Shown: positions 1 to 15,200, counted from the stretch's first letter. The stretch is 64,000 nt of DNA from an uncultured Gammaproteobacteria bacterium (GCA_964361785.1 CAYIBX010000002.1:21160-85159); one strand, 5' to 3'. The notes: a model not told the origin generated them from the sequence alone. Translations and numbers: made by a program.

Positions 1-85
1 GGATAAGAACTAAGATGGATTCTTTTGGCTTTGCAGATTTCGCGCGTGTCACCTTTGATGATTTACGATGAAGTTTCTTTTTCAT
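1..85 (-). CDS. Possible 5' end (N-terminus) of a small basic protein on the minus strand, continuing beyond the window edge (MKKKLHRKSSKVTRAKSAKPKESILVLI...)
   Basis: Reverse-strand ATG at 83-85 followed by an open frame to position 2 with no stop. The translated N-terminus is rich in Lys/Arg. It is not in the ORF track because it is shorter than 60 aa and truncated. Confidence 0.22.
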   Translation of the reverse strand, partial: MKKKLHRKSSKVTRAKSAKPKESILVLI

Positions 86-137
86 ACTGTTAGTGTAGAC
101 GAAAAGAGGGAGTGTTTGTCAAGGGCCTAATTTGTTC

Positions 138-175
138 TTGACATAGTAAGCATATATTCATCATAGTAGTAATAA
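138..175 (+). promoter_or_regulatory. Candidate sigma70-like promoter region upstream of the giant ORF (TTGACA at 138-143, followed by AT-rich TATATT / TAGTAAT-like boxes)
   Basis: TTGACA hexamer followed by an AT-rich stretch containing TATATT (153-158) and TAGTAAT (165-171). Spacing to a canonical -10 box is not ideal (9 bp or about 21 bp), so the call is weak. Confidence 0.2.
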
Positions 176-209
176 GAGACCTGATATTAGATTTTTTTGG
201 GAATATCGG

Positions 210-3200
210 GTGTCGTACATATTCTTGATTAACACATTTCTAACTACACAAAAAACATATGATCAGAAAAACACAAAAGAAGCCTCAAAATCCTCCAGCC
301 TGATCCACTTCTTTATAGATTGTTACCTTCATTATTATAATAAAGCACAATACGGGTTTGCACCAATTTTGGCAATGATCACGATTGCCATCATCGCAAG
401 TAGTATTTTTATCACTGTGCGGGTGCTCCAGACTGGTGGGATTGCTGAGATTCGAAACTTTGCGGCACAAATAAACGATGGTGGAGGAGGGGGTACTGGA
501 AGCGGCGGGGGAGGAAATGCGCGAGGAGGCGGTGGTGCGGCAAAAGAAGATCCAGATGATCCATGTGCTGGCCTTCGGGGAGCTAAAAGAAAATTGTGTT
601 TGGAAGATATAGCCATTCCTGTGACGCCAAAGCCGGCATCAAGAATTGAGATAGATGCTGCAGATCGTGAAAGAGAGAGAATAGCACTAGAAGCTAAAGC
701 TGCAGCAGCAAAAATAAGCGAGTGTACCACAGCAAATGGCATGGTTGAGTACGCGGCTTGTGTAAAAGATAGAGAAGCAGCGGCAACGGAAAAACAAGAA
801 AGAGCGTCTGCTCCCGCAGTAGATGAGGGGAGATTTGGGTGGTGCTATACCTGTAATGGTGGCAAGGGTGCGCCAGCTGCAACTTCTGATTGGGGAAATG
901 CGAGTGTAGAAATAGCAGGTACGTATATCCAAAATGGAAAGCGATATGTGTTAAATATTGCCGATACACAAAAAGCAGCTGCAGAATATGCCGGAAATAA
1001 TCCGGGAATCTTAGATCAAACCATTGCAAACACCGAGTCGTTTGGTTTGAAAGATACCGTGTTGGAAAATCAGCAAAATGCCTACCTTGCTTGTAGAAAT
1101 GCAGGAAAAACTGATGCAGTTTGTTTGCAAGAGATAACAAAAGCACTCTTGGCAGGACAAACAAACGAACTGACGTCTGCTGCAGGCCAGGAGTGGATAA
1201 AAACAATAGAGATAGAACTTGCAAAAAATAAAGCAATTGATGAGTATGCAAGGATTCAAGCTGAACTCGAATCATGTTATGAAACAAATCAAAGCTCTGG
1301 ACCGTGTACAACTCTCGCAACGAAACTTGCGACGGTAAAGACGAATTTAGTTTCTAACTACGGTTTTACTCCGAAAGATGAAAAAGCATTGCAAGTGACT
1401 ATTGCAAAAAATGATGCGATACAAACATACACACAGACGCTCGCTTCGTATTATGAATGTTTAAATACGTGTTCTGATCTGGTAAAAGCTGGTTTAGCAA
1501 AAAAAGTGTCGGAGTTGAAAGCGAGTCTTAAAACAACGTACGATTACGTCCCCTCACTAGAACAAGAAAGGGCTGCACAGAATCAATTAGTGCTAAATGA
1601 TGCGGTTACTGCATATAACGATATAGTAAAAAAGGATGCGGAATGTAAATCTCAGTTGCCAGATTATGGGCGAGGGGTTGACCCAAAGGGTATTTGTACC
1701 CATTTTGCTGTCGAGTTATCAGCGCTTCTTGATAAATACCCGACATTAACTCAAGAAGAGAAAACACTAGTCTCAGATCAAGGATTTCAGCTTCGTGAAT
1801 ATTACAGACTTTCTTCAAAAAGTACGTTGGAGGTTTGTCAGAGTACTGGTTTGACACAACAAACAGTAGATGGTAAAGGGTGTGGAGAAGAAGTGGCGAC
1901 AAAACTTCTCACGAGTGACTTAAAACGCGCGGGGTATACAGAGAAAGAAGCAGAAAAAATAGTTACAATCGACCGTCCGAAGCAATTTGTTTCGATGGTT
2001 CTTAAAGGGAGTCCCGGAAGTCAGGAGTATGTGTGTGGACTGGCTTCTGAAACGTATGCCGATCGGCAGAAATGTTCGACTGATACTACTTTTGCGAATG
2101 AACAGTTTTTATCGTATGTACAAAAAAATGATCCAGCAAATCTTTCTCAAGCAAAGACTCGTTTATTACAGTTTGATATAGCAAATACATTGCTTTATGT
2201 CCCTCCTATTGAAGGCGTGCAGGGCGCTAAAGAAGCATACGTGAAGCAGTGTAAAGACGCGCAAACCCTGCAAACTGGTGCTCTTCGATATATCAATTGT
2301 GATAAAGCAAGCATCGACACGATTTATAGCGCGATGAAGCCAATGGTGCCCAAAGAGTTGAAGCCAGAAGTATTAGCCAAATATTTACCTGATCCATTGA
2401 TACCGCAAGCGTTACGTCCTGATCAACAAGATACTGCATACGGAAAAGGTTTTAAAGACTTTGCGGCCCTTCCAGAAAACAAAGGAAAGTCACAATTTGA
2501 ACTCGCTCAATTGTTTAGTTTTCAGCAGGACAATACGTTAGCTGATCTTTGCGCTGAGCTTGACAACAATGGCTTGTGTGAACAAACAAAAGCGGATTTA
2601 CAGGCTGGAACACTATTAGCCACAGATGTACAAGATGAGTTACACCCGTTAATTCAGGGAAAAGATGGCACGAAGACCCGTATGAATACTGTCGGGCTTA
2701 CCGCATTTTGGGAAAAGACGAAATCAACGCTCACTTCACGATTCGGATATTCAAAAAGTGCAGCAGAAAATAAAGCAATTGGTGTGGCTGCGGATGTGAC
2801 GGGCCCTGACAAGGATAAAATTATTGCAAGTCTTACACAGTTTTACGATAAAAAATCAAAGTTTGAGGCAGCAGGATATTTTCGTGCCAATGACCCCGAC
2901 AGTGAAGCGATTTTTGTAGAGAAACTTAAACGAGGTGAGTTTGATGCGACGATCGAATATAACAAAATCGATGCTGGGACGAAATTGCGGGCAGTTGTTT
3001 TTTCTGATCCAAATACGTGGCTTAGCCAACGGCTCGTGTCTCAAGAATCATTAGACGAAGCCGCAGCACGCGCTTCAAGCATCTATACCAGCGAGTATCG
3101 GCGTAATAATCCTGATTTATTTGCTACGTATGTCAGTGAAGTCGCAGGTGATGCCAACTTTACGAAATTCAAAAGAAATTTACAGGCGGGAACTTCGATA

Positions 3201-6200
3201 GATGATGCCGCAGAAAAATATCTGGAAGAGAATTTGGCCACTGCGTATCTTGAGACGGACAAGATGAACGCGGGAGTGGATTACAAAATAGAAAATAAAG
3301 ATGGGTTGCTGGCGTATGATCCGAAATGGCTGGAAACAGCAGCCCTCAATGGAAAAAATATTTCTACTCTTTCCGATGAATTATCAGTTTGGAATGAAAA
3401 ATATATCACGTTTGAGAATACATATAGCACTGTCGGAAAAGGAAGGGGAGGAGTATCAAAAGAAGTATTAGCAAAACAGCAAGCAGAGAAAGATGCGCTA
3501 TTAAACGAGCAGGCAACGATCATTGCTTCAGAATTTATAGATGCTAAAGGTATCACGGGAGAAGAAAAAACTTCTTTACTGCCTCAAGTTACTACACTCC
3601 TTCGAGATAACGATTTGCAATTCCTCATGAAATCTGGAGGCGTTGATATTACCTTTGACAAGGTGTTGGATGGTACTTATGATGCACACGCTGCATCGTT
3701 AGCCTTAGCTGATGCAAAAAAGAATAACCCACTGGTAGGAGCGGCACTAGCCCTTAATAAATTTGAAAATGGAGGATTTTTAAAGGGAGAATTATTAAAA
3801 CAAGAGTCACGGGCAACGTTATCAGAAAATAATTGTTCGTTTGGTGATCGATTTGCCGATACGACGTGTAGGCAAGCGCAATTAGATAACGCTCGTGCAT
3901 GGACCATGCAAGGAGCAAAGCCCGCTGCAACATTACTTTCTATAGCTATTCCGGGAGGTCAATTAATTCGTGCCATAGGAACAGGCATCGTTTCTTCCAC
4001 AGGTCTTTCTATTGCGGGAAATGCAATGGGGATATATATGACCGGAACGAGTGCGCAGGATACCGCTGAAGTGTGTACGGGAAGAACTGATGCGGATGGT
4101 TGGGCATGTGCGAGATCTATAGGGATGACCGCATTTTCTGGATGGTCATCGCTTGCCGGAATAAAAGGATTCACTGCGTTGAAAAATGTCGCTTTAGCAG
4201 AACAAGGTGGTGTATCTTCAGCTAAAATATTAACTGTCCTTGCTCCAGCAGATGATGCAGTGTTAAAACTTCGTACATTTGCGGATGCAGCGCCAGGTGC
4301 AGGGATGACGGCCCAAGAAATTGCAGCGTCTTCTGATGATGTAGTTCATGGTTTGATACAGAATGTATATAAGCCAGCAGTAGAAAGTGCAGCTGCGCAT
4401 ATTGGTCGTGACACACTGGGAACTTTGGTTTTTACAGCAAACGCTGCTGATACGTGCGGAAAAGCTGGAAGCTTGACGATTGATTGCGCGCTTTCTATTA
4501 GCATGGCTACAGTTATGGGTGCTCGAGCGATTACGGGACTTGCAAGCGTGATTCCAAAAGGATCTCCAATAATTTCACAGACTACAAATACAGCAATAGG
4601 TCGTTTGGATTTGGTTACCAATACAGGACAGGCAGCGGTTGCGTGTGCTGCGGCAGCAATGGGAGAAGTACCGTTTGAACAATGTGCAACGACGGTGATG
4701 ATGGCGGGATTATCAGCAGGGCAGCTGGCACTTACAGAATCCGTTGGGAAGCCAACGACGGTAGATAAGCCATTTATAGAACAAGCGCAGGCAATTGCGG
4801 ACAAAGCTGCACTTTCTAATTTTCAATCAGGGCAGGATTTGACGATAAATGGAGTAAAGGTGACTGACATAAATAGATCGACGATACAGTCTGAAGTGAA
4901 TAATCGTCTTGGGGTGACGACCAATGCAGTAGCTCGTGAGACGCAGCAGCTACTTGCGCTTTCAGAGCAGTTGGCAAAAGAAAAAGGAGTGCCAATTACA
5001 GCAGAGCGACAAAAGTTAATGGATAGTTTAGAAACACTTAAGCGATTTGTTGATGCAGACGGTGTAATAAAACGAACTATTCCTACGGGTGAAACTGAAA
5101 ATCAAGCAGGGTTGCTCGTGCCGGTTGAGCAAATGTTGGCAATACAAAAAGTTGAAGCCGCGCGACTGGCGGTGCGAGCGGCAGAGCAGAGTTACAATGC
5201 AGAAAAAGTAGCACTTAGTGCTCCTGATCGGTCGCTTCTTGATCGATTGACAGGGAGAGAAACCAAAGAACTCGCGGCGTATAGGTTGGCCGCAAAAGAA
5301 CTTTCAGATATAGCAAGTACGGAAGGCATCACGTCTTCTAAATATCTTGCAGCACTTCAGGCGACAGAATTAGCGAAAACAATTGCTACAGAGGCGCGCA
5401 TGACCCCAATTGAGCGGACGATCGCGCAATCTATTCGAGAATTGCAGTATGGTAAGAGTGGTACTGATGGACTTGTCGATTTACTAGCGAAACAAAAACA
5501 GATAGAAGTAGAGAATGAGGTATTAAATGACCCCACTCAATTTACAAAAGTTCGTGACACGTATGCAGAAGCGATAAAGAAAACTTTTGAATATGTCGCG
5601 GAATTAAAAGTCCGCCCCAATGCCCCAGAGTCTGTTATTGTCGAAACCGAGCGACTGTTAACTCGTACGCAAGAAGCGCTTGATTCACTCAATAAATTCG
5701 AAGCCGATGGACTCCTTACGGTCGGTCCAGCACAGAGAAATGCAGCGATCGCCAATAATAAAGTCAGTCAGGTAGAAGCGCTCGCACAAAGTGTCGCGCG
5801 TGTGAATGGAGAAATTGGCATAAAACAAACAGATCTCGCAAAAGCCGGATCGTTTCGAGGGAGAGTTGACTTGGCGACGAAACCAATTCGTGAAGCAATA
5901 AGCGATACCTTAACCGGAAAATCTATTCGTGAAGCGGCATATACATCACGCATTGAATACACCAACGCCTTACAGTTGGTGACCGACGCAAATAACAATA
6001 GACGTGCATTGGTAGAGAAGATCGGAGATGTTCCAACTGCTGAACAGATAAAAGAAATTGAATCATTTGATAAAGCAATTCAAGAATTGACGATAAAAGC
6101 AGATGAAGCGCTAGCAATCGCAAATGCAAAAGACAAATCCTATACATCGAGCTTGAGATATAAGTGGTTTGGACCAAAGGAAATATCGATTGCAAAGCAA

Positions 6201-9200
6201 GTTGCGGTAGCAGAAACGCTGGGTAAATTATCGGTTGTGGCAGATGCACTTACAAAAGAGGGGTTTCACATTGAGAGAAATGCTCAAAAACAATTAGAAC
6301 TGATTGATAATCAGATTAAGGAATCGGGAGTAGGTAGACCACCTTCAGAAGCGGCAAAACAAATGCTTGAAGAGGCGTCAAGCTTCTTGGGTAAAATCGA
6401 AGAAAATTTATCAAAAGCCACAGAAGGAAGAATTTCCGAAATGATAGGGCCAGATCATCCAACGCGCGTTGATCAATCAGAAATATTTATCAAAGCATTA
6501 TTTGACACGGAAATATCTGGTTCTGTAAAAGGAGTCTTATTCAACGGTCAGACAGGGTTAGGCAAGTCGGCATTTCTTCTTAATGCAATCGCTGATGCAA
6601 AAGTAAAGCTTACTGGTACAAAAGTAAACGTACTTGCCACCTCATGGGCTGATGTCTTGGGCATGATGAAAGATTATAGCCCACTAGTACATCACCAAAA
6701 TGGTGTAAAGGCAGTGTATTACAACCCATCAGGGGCCGAAATAATTTATGTCGACGAAGCAGGAGTACAACAGCGATTGTCAAATCATCAAAATGATGTA
6801 CTTGCCAAACAAATTCTTTCTGAAGCAGACGTTATTTATAGTCCGACGCTTGAAACTCCATATGAATTTCATGCATCCAGAAACAATGACCTTCTTACCC
6901 AAGGATTTCGGGAGGGGACAAAAGGCGCCATGCTTCTTATTGACGAGTTTGATGTGATTGCAAATAGCATGCAGTTTTCCTCCGGTGGCGATTCGCGACT
7001 GGCAGCTGATTACGATCCTATACGAACGCAAAAATATCGGGATGTTTTTGCCACAGGTCTTGCAAAAGATTTTATAGACAAAGCGATAACAGTGAAAAAT
7101 GGAGGATCTTTAGGAGAGGATCTTTTTGTACAAAAAGGGCAGAGTGTCGCTTTAGCCGATACAGATTTTGCAAAAGGGTTGTATAAAGAGTTGGTGCTTG
7201 AAGCCGCCAAACAAGCGTATGATAAAGTAAAAGCACAAGGGGAAACTCAAACAGCAGAAGAATTTTTACAAAAAAATAATATTACGCATGATGAGGCAGG
7301 TTTACCTCGTACAAATCCTCGAGATGTCCTTACCGCTCTTGAAAAATATCACCTAGGAAATGAGGCAACGAGTGAATTTAAGTTAGAATTTGGTGACAGG
7401 GCTGGAGTAGCAAACGCTATTGTGGAGACGGCGAGTAGGTCTACAAACGGATACGGATTTGATCCAAAAGGAATACTTGTGTATGGAGATGGTACTGGGA
7501 GACTTCAAAATACTCGTCCACAAGCGCTTTACGAAGCACTAGCGCTTGATACGGTTGGGCAAATGATAAAGAATTCAATACGGAACAAAACGTTTACCCA
7601 CGATCAGGCAATGGCCTTTATCGATAAAGTTACTGTTTCCCTTCAAGGAGAGTCCTCGTCGTGGAAACAGACACTTGGGATGGGTCATTATGCAGATAGA
7701 CTCTACGGATTTACCGGTACTCCAGAGAGTATTATTTTGGATGCACAACTATCTCTAGATATGCAGCTTGTGGTTCCTGGAGCAAAAAAACTTACGTCTA
7801 TTATTCAAATTTTTGGATCAGAGACGATAAAACCTATAAAGAATTCGGAATGGTTTGGGGCAAAAGATGTAGATAACGCGCCTATTACGTTGGGGAAAGA
7901 GGGTGTAGCTCGAATTGTCCTCGAGATGCCTGAATATACAAAAGATGTAACTTTAAAAAGCCTTCAAAAGAAGGTAAATGCATTAGGGGAAGACGTGGAG
8001 TTGATTGTAGTAAACAACGATACAAATATTGCTGAAAATGAAAAAGTAATTATTTACGATCAAGATCATACTATTAAGCGAACAATTGTTGGAGACAATG
8101 AAAAAACAGCAATACAACGATTTGAAGAAGAGTACGCCTATAAAAATAGAGGAACAAAGAGATTTGTTATGATTTTTGATCAAGGGTCTGGAAGAGGAAC
8201 TGATATTCAAGGTGTATTTACACCTACTGATGCGTCATACCTTTTTGGAAGTTCAAAAACGCTTACCCAAACATCCGCAGCCCAAGGCATTGGACGATTT
8301 CGAGAAATTCCAGATACAACCACTGTGTATTTATTTGATGGGCAAGCGGCAGATGGGTTGACAAGAATTCCTTTAGAAGACGCAACAGTTCGGCTTCTTA
8401 CCAACGAAACAGCGAGTACGCAAATCTCAATTACGAATAGTTTGATTCATGGTTATAGCGACATGGTCAAAAACACGATTGATTCGTTGGCGAGTATGGC
8501 AAAGCAGTATGGTGCGGATGATTTTACGATGACGTATGAAGGAAGAGAGATGTCTCTTTCTGATGGACTTAAATTACAATTTGATAAGGTGGGCGGGGTA
8601 AATGATGCACTCACAGAGTCTTCTCAAATAGGCACTGTGGCAATTCAAAAAGCTGCGACACGTGCTCGCGATTTTATAAATAGTATTCGTTCAACGCCTG
8701 AATTTGCTAAATTGCCGATTGAAGTTCGTGAGTATTACCTAAAAAATATTTATAACTATGAAGATGTCCCAATAGCGCTTCAAGCTGGATCACCCACAGA
8801 GTCTACGGTACGGCCAAGTTTGCAGGGAGCGACACGAATTACCGATAGAACAGCGCTTATCAATCAGGCGATATTTGAATCAGATATCGCAGCCACCATT
8901 GGTCGAGAGGGTCGCCAGACACCCACATCGTCCACGCGAGAACAACTTGCACAGATTGAGCGTGCAGCATCTTCAAGAAGCGAGGAAAGTGTAGCGGTTG
9001 CGACAAACGCAATTTCTGAAGCAAAATCAGTAATTGATAGACTTCTTACTGGCAAATCAATTACAAGCGAACAAAGACACATTGTAGCACTTGCCCAACA
9101 AGAACGAGCGAGGCTCGTAGTGCGACAACAGGCATTGGTAGTTCAGAAGTCTTCTGCGCCTCCAGATTCATCTGAATTAGAACAATTGAATACACAAATA

Positions 9201-12200
9201 GCTCAAATTGAAACAATTCTTGCTCCCATAGCAAATAGTACTGACGCGCAAATTATCGATGTGCTGAAAACGGACGCAATGAAACGTTTGAAAGCTTCAC
9301 TTACCAAATCAGGAATACAAAATGTCGATACGTTAAGTGAAGCACAATTAAATATTGCTGTAGCTGCTATGGTTACATATGAAAATGCTGTATCGCTTCG
9401 TACAGGACTTATAGCCACGAATGCACAAAGTGAACAGGCAAAAGTTGCTATCGAAGAACAAACAAAAACAGAAAGAGAAGCATTCACTAAAGCGCTTGAT
9501 GCAATACTTCTTTCATCTGGAGTGACAGCGAAGAATCTTACTTTTGAACGTGCACGATCTGACATGAGTGTCATCACGAATGCACGTGTATCGGAAACAG
9601 TCTTATTTACTGATGGACGACGAGTCCTTATTACTGATGAAGCACAGAAACAGGCGCTTATAAAAGAAAAGCAAGGCGTTATTACAGCGCCACTTTTTAG
9701 TAGTCTGGAAGATGCATCGTTTCAAAAAATTATTGCGTATCAGCAAGAGCGATTGTTGCAGGTATCCAAAGCAACACAGTCAAATAGAATACAAGTATTT
9801 GGACAGTTTGTTGTGAAAAATTGGCAATCGTTTCAGCAGGCATTTCTTCCGCGCTGGGCATCTGTCGTGAATCTATCCCAATTTGGACAAAATCAGACGA
9901 TAAATAATCTCGCTTCCGCAATAAATGCAAAAGATTATATGACTGCGTATGCAATGTTTAATACATTGCGAACAAATGCCAAGAAAAATCCTGATGTATT
10001 TGAAAATGCAGATAGTCTGATGCGCGCTGATGCCGCAGCTCGTTTGAGTATTGTGCTAAACGGCGCAGTAATAAGCCCAAGCGTGACAGAAGTTGAAAAT
10101 ATAGTGTTGTATGAAGCGAGTGCGATTGCGTTTGCACAAAAAGCTTTAAAGAACACCAAAGTGATTGATTATCAAACATTCTTTGAGGCTGCATTTGAGG
10201 ATGATTCTGTGCGTACATCACTTGTAGAAGCGGAAAAGGCATTTGACGCACTTTCTCTTCCACAAGGTATTACGCGGGATAGTTATAACAATGGGTTACG
10301 AGAGGCGATTGATCCAATCATGAATTCTGTATATGCAGTGTTAAAACTTGATGAAAAAATTGCAGCGCGAGATGGGAAGCGATCCACAGTGTCTCAATCT
10401 GGTTCTGTCGATATAAATGTGATTATCACCGGCATCTCTGCATCAGATTATTTAAACGCGTTTTTAGCAATCGACACGCTTGTGGCGGCTGGGGACACAA
10501 CTGGGCGCGACCGAATATCGCAAGCGATACGGGATGATATTAGGGAACGATTAGTGGCACAACAAGTCCCAAGTCCGTCTGAGGAATTAATCACTACCAT
10601 TTTTGATTACCAAAAAGCAGTAGCCAAGAGAGCGTCGGTATGGAAACAAAGCCCGCTTCCGAGTCCAGCGGCGGGGGCAGCGCCAAAAGATTTGTTTAGA
10701 GAGTTTGTAGAAAACGATCCAGAAGTGTTGGCTTCAAAAATAAAGGCTCTTGAGTTATTAAAGGTGGAATTTACTGAATCAAAAGCAGAAGCACTATTTT
10801 TGAGTATCACTGAACCAATTATCGCTTCTACCCGCATTGCAATGGAAAATCGACAACCAAATATTCAAAACGTGACAGGACAAGCTGTACAGCCTGTTCA
10901 ATCTTCCCATCAACCTCGTTTAGAGCCAAATGGGTGGGTGAAATTTGGAAATGTAATTAAGGCAATTATTGCACCGAATGTTTATGCAATTTATGCTAAA
11001 CGTTATTCAACACCTGAATTAACCTTTGCGATCGCAAGCATTATTCCACGATATGCAGCGCCGATAGTGTTTATGGGGCCTGCTGGTATACCGATTTCTC
11101 TTGGAATTGCAGTGTATGATATTGCGCGGACAGCGTTGGAATTACCTTTTTATATAATCGCACATTGGCCGAGAGTGCAGAGTTTCTTTTTGGGAGACAT
11201 ACATATTCTGGATGGATATCCACGTTTGAAAAAATTTGTCGATTGGGTGGTACCGAAAGATGCGCAACAACTAGTGGTAAACGTGTTGGCGGATAGTCGG
11301 GAAGGATATCTTGAGAGTTTAGTAAACGCGACGATGTTTGATGCAGGAAATCCACAGTGGACACCATTAACTTGGTTTACGAGCATATTTACACATACAA
11401 TCACAAGGATTCGCCGTCCCTATTTGTTAGGGTGGGATATATATAGAGCAGAGCGACGGTATGTAGAAGGGGTGACAGGGAAAACTGCAAAGCTTATAGA
11501 CGCCGGATATGAAAAGCCTGACTACTGGAACAGAGGTGGACGCATGTTTGGTCTAGCACCAAGGCGGTTGATCAATGCGACGCCGACGAATGATTCACTT
11601 ATTTGGTGGACAACTCGCGGGCCAGCGATAGTTCTTCTAATTGCCGGAATTGCGACGTGGTGGATACCAGGAGCACCGCTTGTTATTGGTTTAGCAGCGA
11701 CTATTTTAGGTCTGACAACGGGTCCATTTTGGCATTATGATGCACATCGATTCTTTTATGGCGATGGATGGAAAAGTTTGGGATACGCAGCTACATATAA
11801 TCCTCTCGATTGGAAATGGTTGCCACCTCCTGAAATTGCACCTGTTCAAGCACCTTCACAACCAATGCAACAGGTTGCTACTCCTGTCGTCCAACCAACA
11901 CCTGCTCGCGTTAGTTGGACTCGTCGAACGGATGGATTATTTCAGTTTATCAATGCTACACCACAGGGGAGTTGGAGGAAATATTTTGGATCGCGAGCAA
12001 TAGTGATACTTTCACCAGCACCGATACCATCATTGTCATTTTATACAACCAGCGTTATCGCTCGTGCAGCATTTGTAGGAGTATATGACGGATTCCGTTT
12101 GATTCGGTATGTATGGGAAAGTACAAGAAAACCAGTGCAACAGACATCCGTTATTGCTCCCACAGCCCAAGCTCCAGTTGCAGTGACACCGATAGATTTG

Positions 12201-15200
12201 AGTCTTTATGAGCTTTTAGGAACTGTATTTGAAAATCAAGTTATATATTTTGGGCTAGATGTATCTGGGGCATTGATACTAACTACAGTCCAGTCTGACT
12301 TACAGACGCAGTATGGCCACACCAACTGGAGAGATGATGGCACAATAGCGTCACTATTTTTCACTATAGATCGTTTTGGGATAAAGGATTCACAGGGATT
12401 TGATATTCCCACAAATTCTGAATTAGAAATTGTGCAAGATCAAATACAATTTCAGATAAATAACCAAAAAACGGTGTTTGCAAGAAATAGTGATAGCTCA
12501 TATTCTGTCTACAAAGAAAAGGTGAGCGTGCCAGCAACAGACGAGTTTGCTCGTAAAAAAAAGGAATCTCTTGATAGACTCAATGCACTTATCGAAAATG
12601 AATTAGACTATCGAGGGATCCCAGAATCCACGAGGCGTGAGGCTGACAAATATACAGATGCACTTATTGATCAACTCAAACAATTTGTGCAATACGGTCC
12701 AAATTGGAAACAGGAGCTCGCAAAACAATATCCGAGAACATTGGAGCTATTGGGAGCATTACGTTTGCGAAATGTCACGTGGATCGATCAGCCTGTATTA
12801 ACCAATGCTATTTTAGATCACGAAGCGATTCGTCCAGTGGTTGTTGGTGGATTGGCACGGCTGTTTAACGCAGTAGATCAGATACCAAGTGGCACGAAAG
12901 AAATAGCTGATCGATATAACCAACAAGTCATAGCGTTGGATAATACATACAACGTACAAGGATTAAGCGATGTTGAATTGGAGGAATTTGAAGCAGGGTC
13001 CTTACAAACTGTAGCAGAATTTGCGCCCGGTGCTGATGGAGTATTTCTTAGAAAATTTGAGCGAGCGTTGTTGGGAGTAAGCGAACAACCAAGTAAAGAG
13101 TGGATTGCACGGTTAAACCTTCATGAGAACATTCATAAAGGACAAGCAATAGGGCCAAGAGGGCAGCAATATAAAGAATTAGGGGCAATTTATGTAGAGT
13201 GGAAGTTGACCGGAAGCCACACATCTTATGGCGATTTGCGTTGGGAAAATAAACTTCAACGGCTCGATGCATTATTTGGCGAAGGAGTAATATGGCGGTT
13301 TGCCAGAACTGGAGATCCATCCGAATTGGTAAAAATTATATCGGAAAAACGATGGGGCACTCTTGCATCAGTTTTAAAGCAAGAAGGATTTTTAACTGAT
13401 AGAGAAATTGATCAACTTTATTATGGCGAAGCAGATCAAGCAGCAGCATCAGTACAACCGCGCGTGCCGATTGACCAAACGCAGCCAATTGTAGAACCTG
13501 TAGTGCCGCAACCAGCACCTGTATCAAGATATAACTATATAGAAGGGGCTACGAATATATCTCTTCAATTACCGGCTAATGGTCAGATTGGTGAGGGCGT
13601 AGAAGTGTTTGTGACCTATTCAATAGGAGGAAGTGAGCTTACAGAAATTGCAACAGTAATAAATAATGAGGGAGTTGAAGGTGTTCCAACAAGTTGGATA
13701 GTGAAGTTACAAAGTGAAGAAAAGTTTCTGAAAGTTTTAGCAGAAAATGTTGTGTTCCCTGCGACAGTAGCAGAGGTTTCATTAAAGAGTGTATATACAC
13801 AAGCGCGATCATTAGCTTCGTTTCTCGCATTTGCAGATGCTGATCCGTATCTGAATTCAACGCCTTTTGATCTTGTTGAGCAAGATGGATCTACACGAGT
13901 AGTTACGGCTTCACAGGCGTTACAGTTGTATGCGGAATATGAATTAGATGCGTCCACTGATCGTCAAAAGGAGCGGCCGATAAATTTGACAGAGTCAATA
14001 AGAACGATATTAAATCTTTATGACGGACGCGTAACGAATTGGTTTGGTACGCTCATGAGTCACGAGAGAAAACTTCAAAAAAGAGATGCTGAATCAGCAG
14101 AACAAAAACAAGAAATTCTGTCAGATCATCATTTTGCTATTACCAGATTCAGTGGTGATTCAGAACCATTACATGCGCTGATTGATACAGGAGATTATAG
14201 ACTTCTAGATACAAATTTTTCTGGTTGGATGTATGCAAAACAAAATACAGGATTACCGCAGGTAATTACAGAGTATGAAGATAAAACCTTTGATTATACG
14301 CATGACTTAGTATATAAGCTGCATGTTGCCTTAGACGAACGTGATTTCTCCACTGCTCTCCCTGAAATTACTCAATTCCTTCGGTCACAAAATTTCCAAC
14401 ATAAAGTAATGGCGAATAAAAGTGTTATTGATAAGGAAGGAAAGTCTATCACTATTATATTTTCTTCTGCGCAAGAGGCAAAATTGATCATAGAGTATTT
14501 CAAGAATTTGGCAAAAAGAAATGTTCAAGGTATTACACCAGTGTATGCAAAAGATAAAGGTATGATGTTGCAGTATGAATTACCGATTCCAGAAACGAAT
14601 AATCTTTTATACTATACGATCGAATCGGTGGCTGGAACATACTTAGGGTCTGGGCTTACTGAAGGGGTCATCGTTGATGGTCAAACATATAAAGGAGGAT
14701 ATACAGATCGGTTGATACTCATGCAGCGTTTTTGGGGGCATGGTCCGATAGATGATTTATGGCCACAGGATCCCTTCATTGATAGACAAGAGCCGGTATT
14801 AGTCGAGGTTAAGAAGCCTAGAATAGCAATTGATCAACCGCAAGGTCAGTCACAAGATGTCAAAGATCAAATTATTGAAATTAATTCGATTTTGATAAAA
14901 ATATTGGCGGCAGTTTCAGAAGTTGAACTTTCACATCTTCATGATTCAATGTCTCAGTCAAACGTTGAATTATTACTGTCACTATTTAAAGACTCGTTTG
15001 GTAAAGCAAATATCGAAGTATTCCCTGAAGCAACTTCACTGTATGGGTTATTGCAAGCGCTTAAATCTGACACGTTTCAAAAGGATGTCAGTGCAATTAC
15101 AGATCCAGTAGTGGCAACGAAATTAATTATAGAATTGAACGTTGTACTTTCGGGATTAGATAAGGTGAATGCACAAATAGCAAAAGAGCAAGGATCAATT

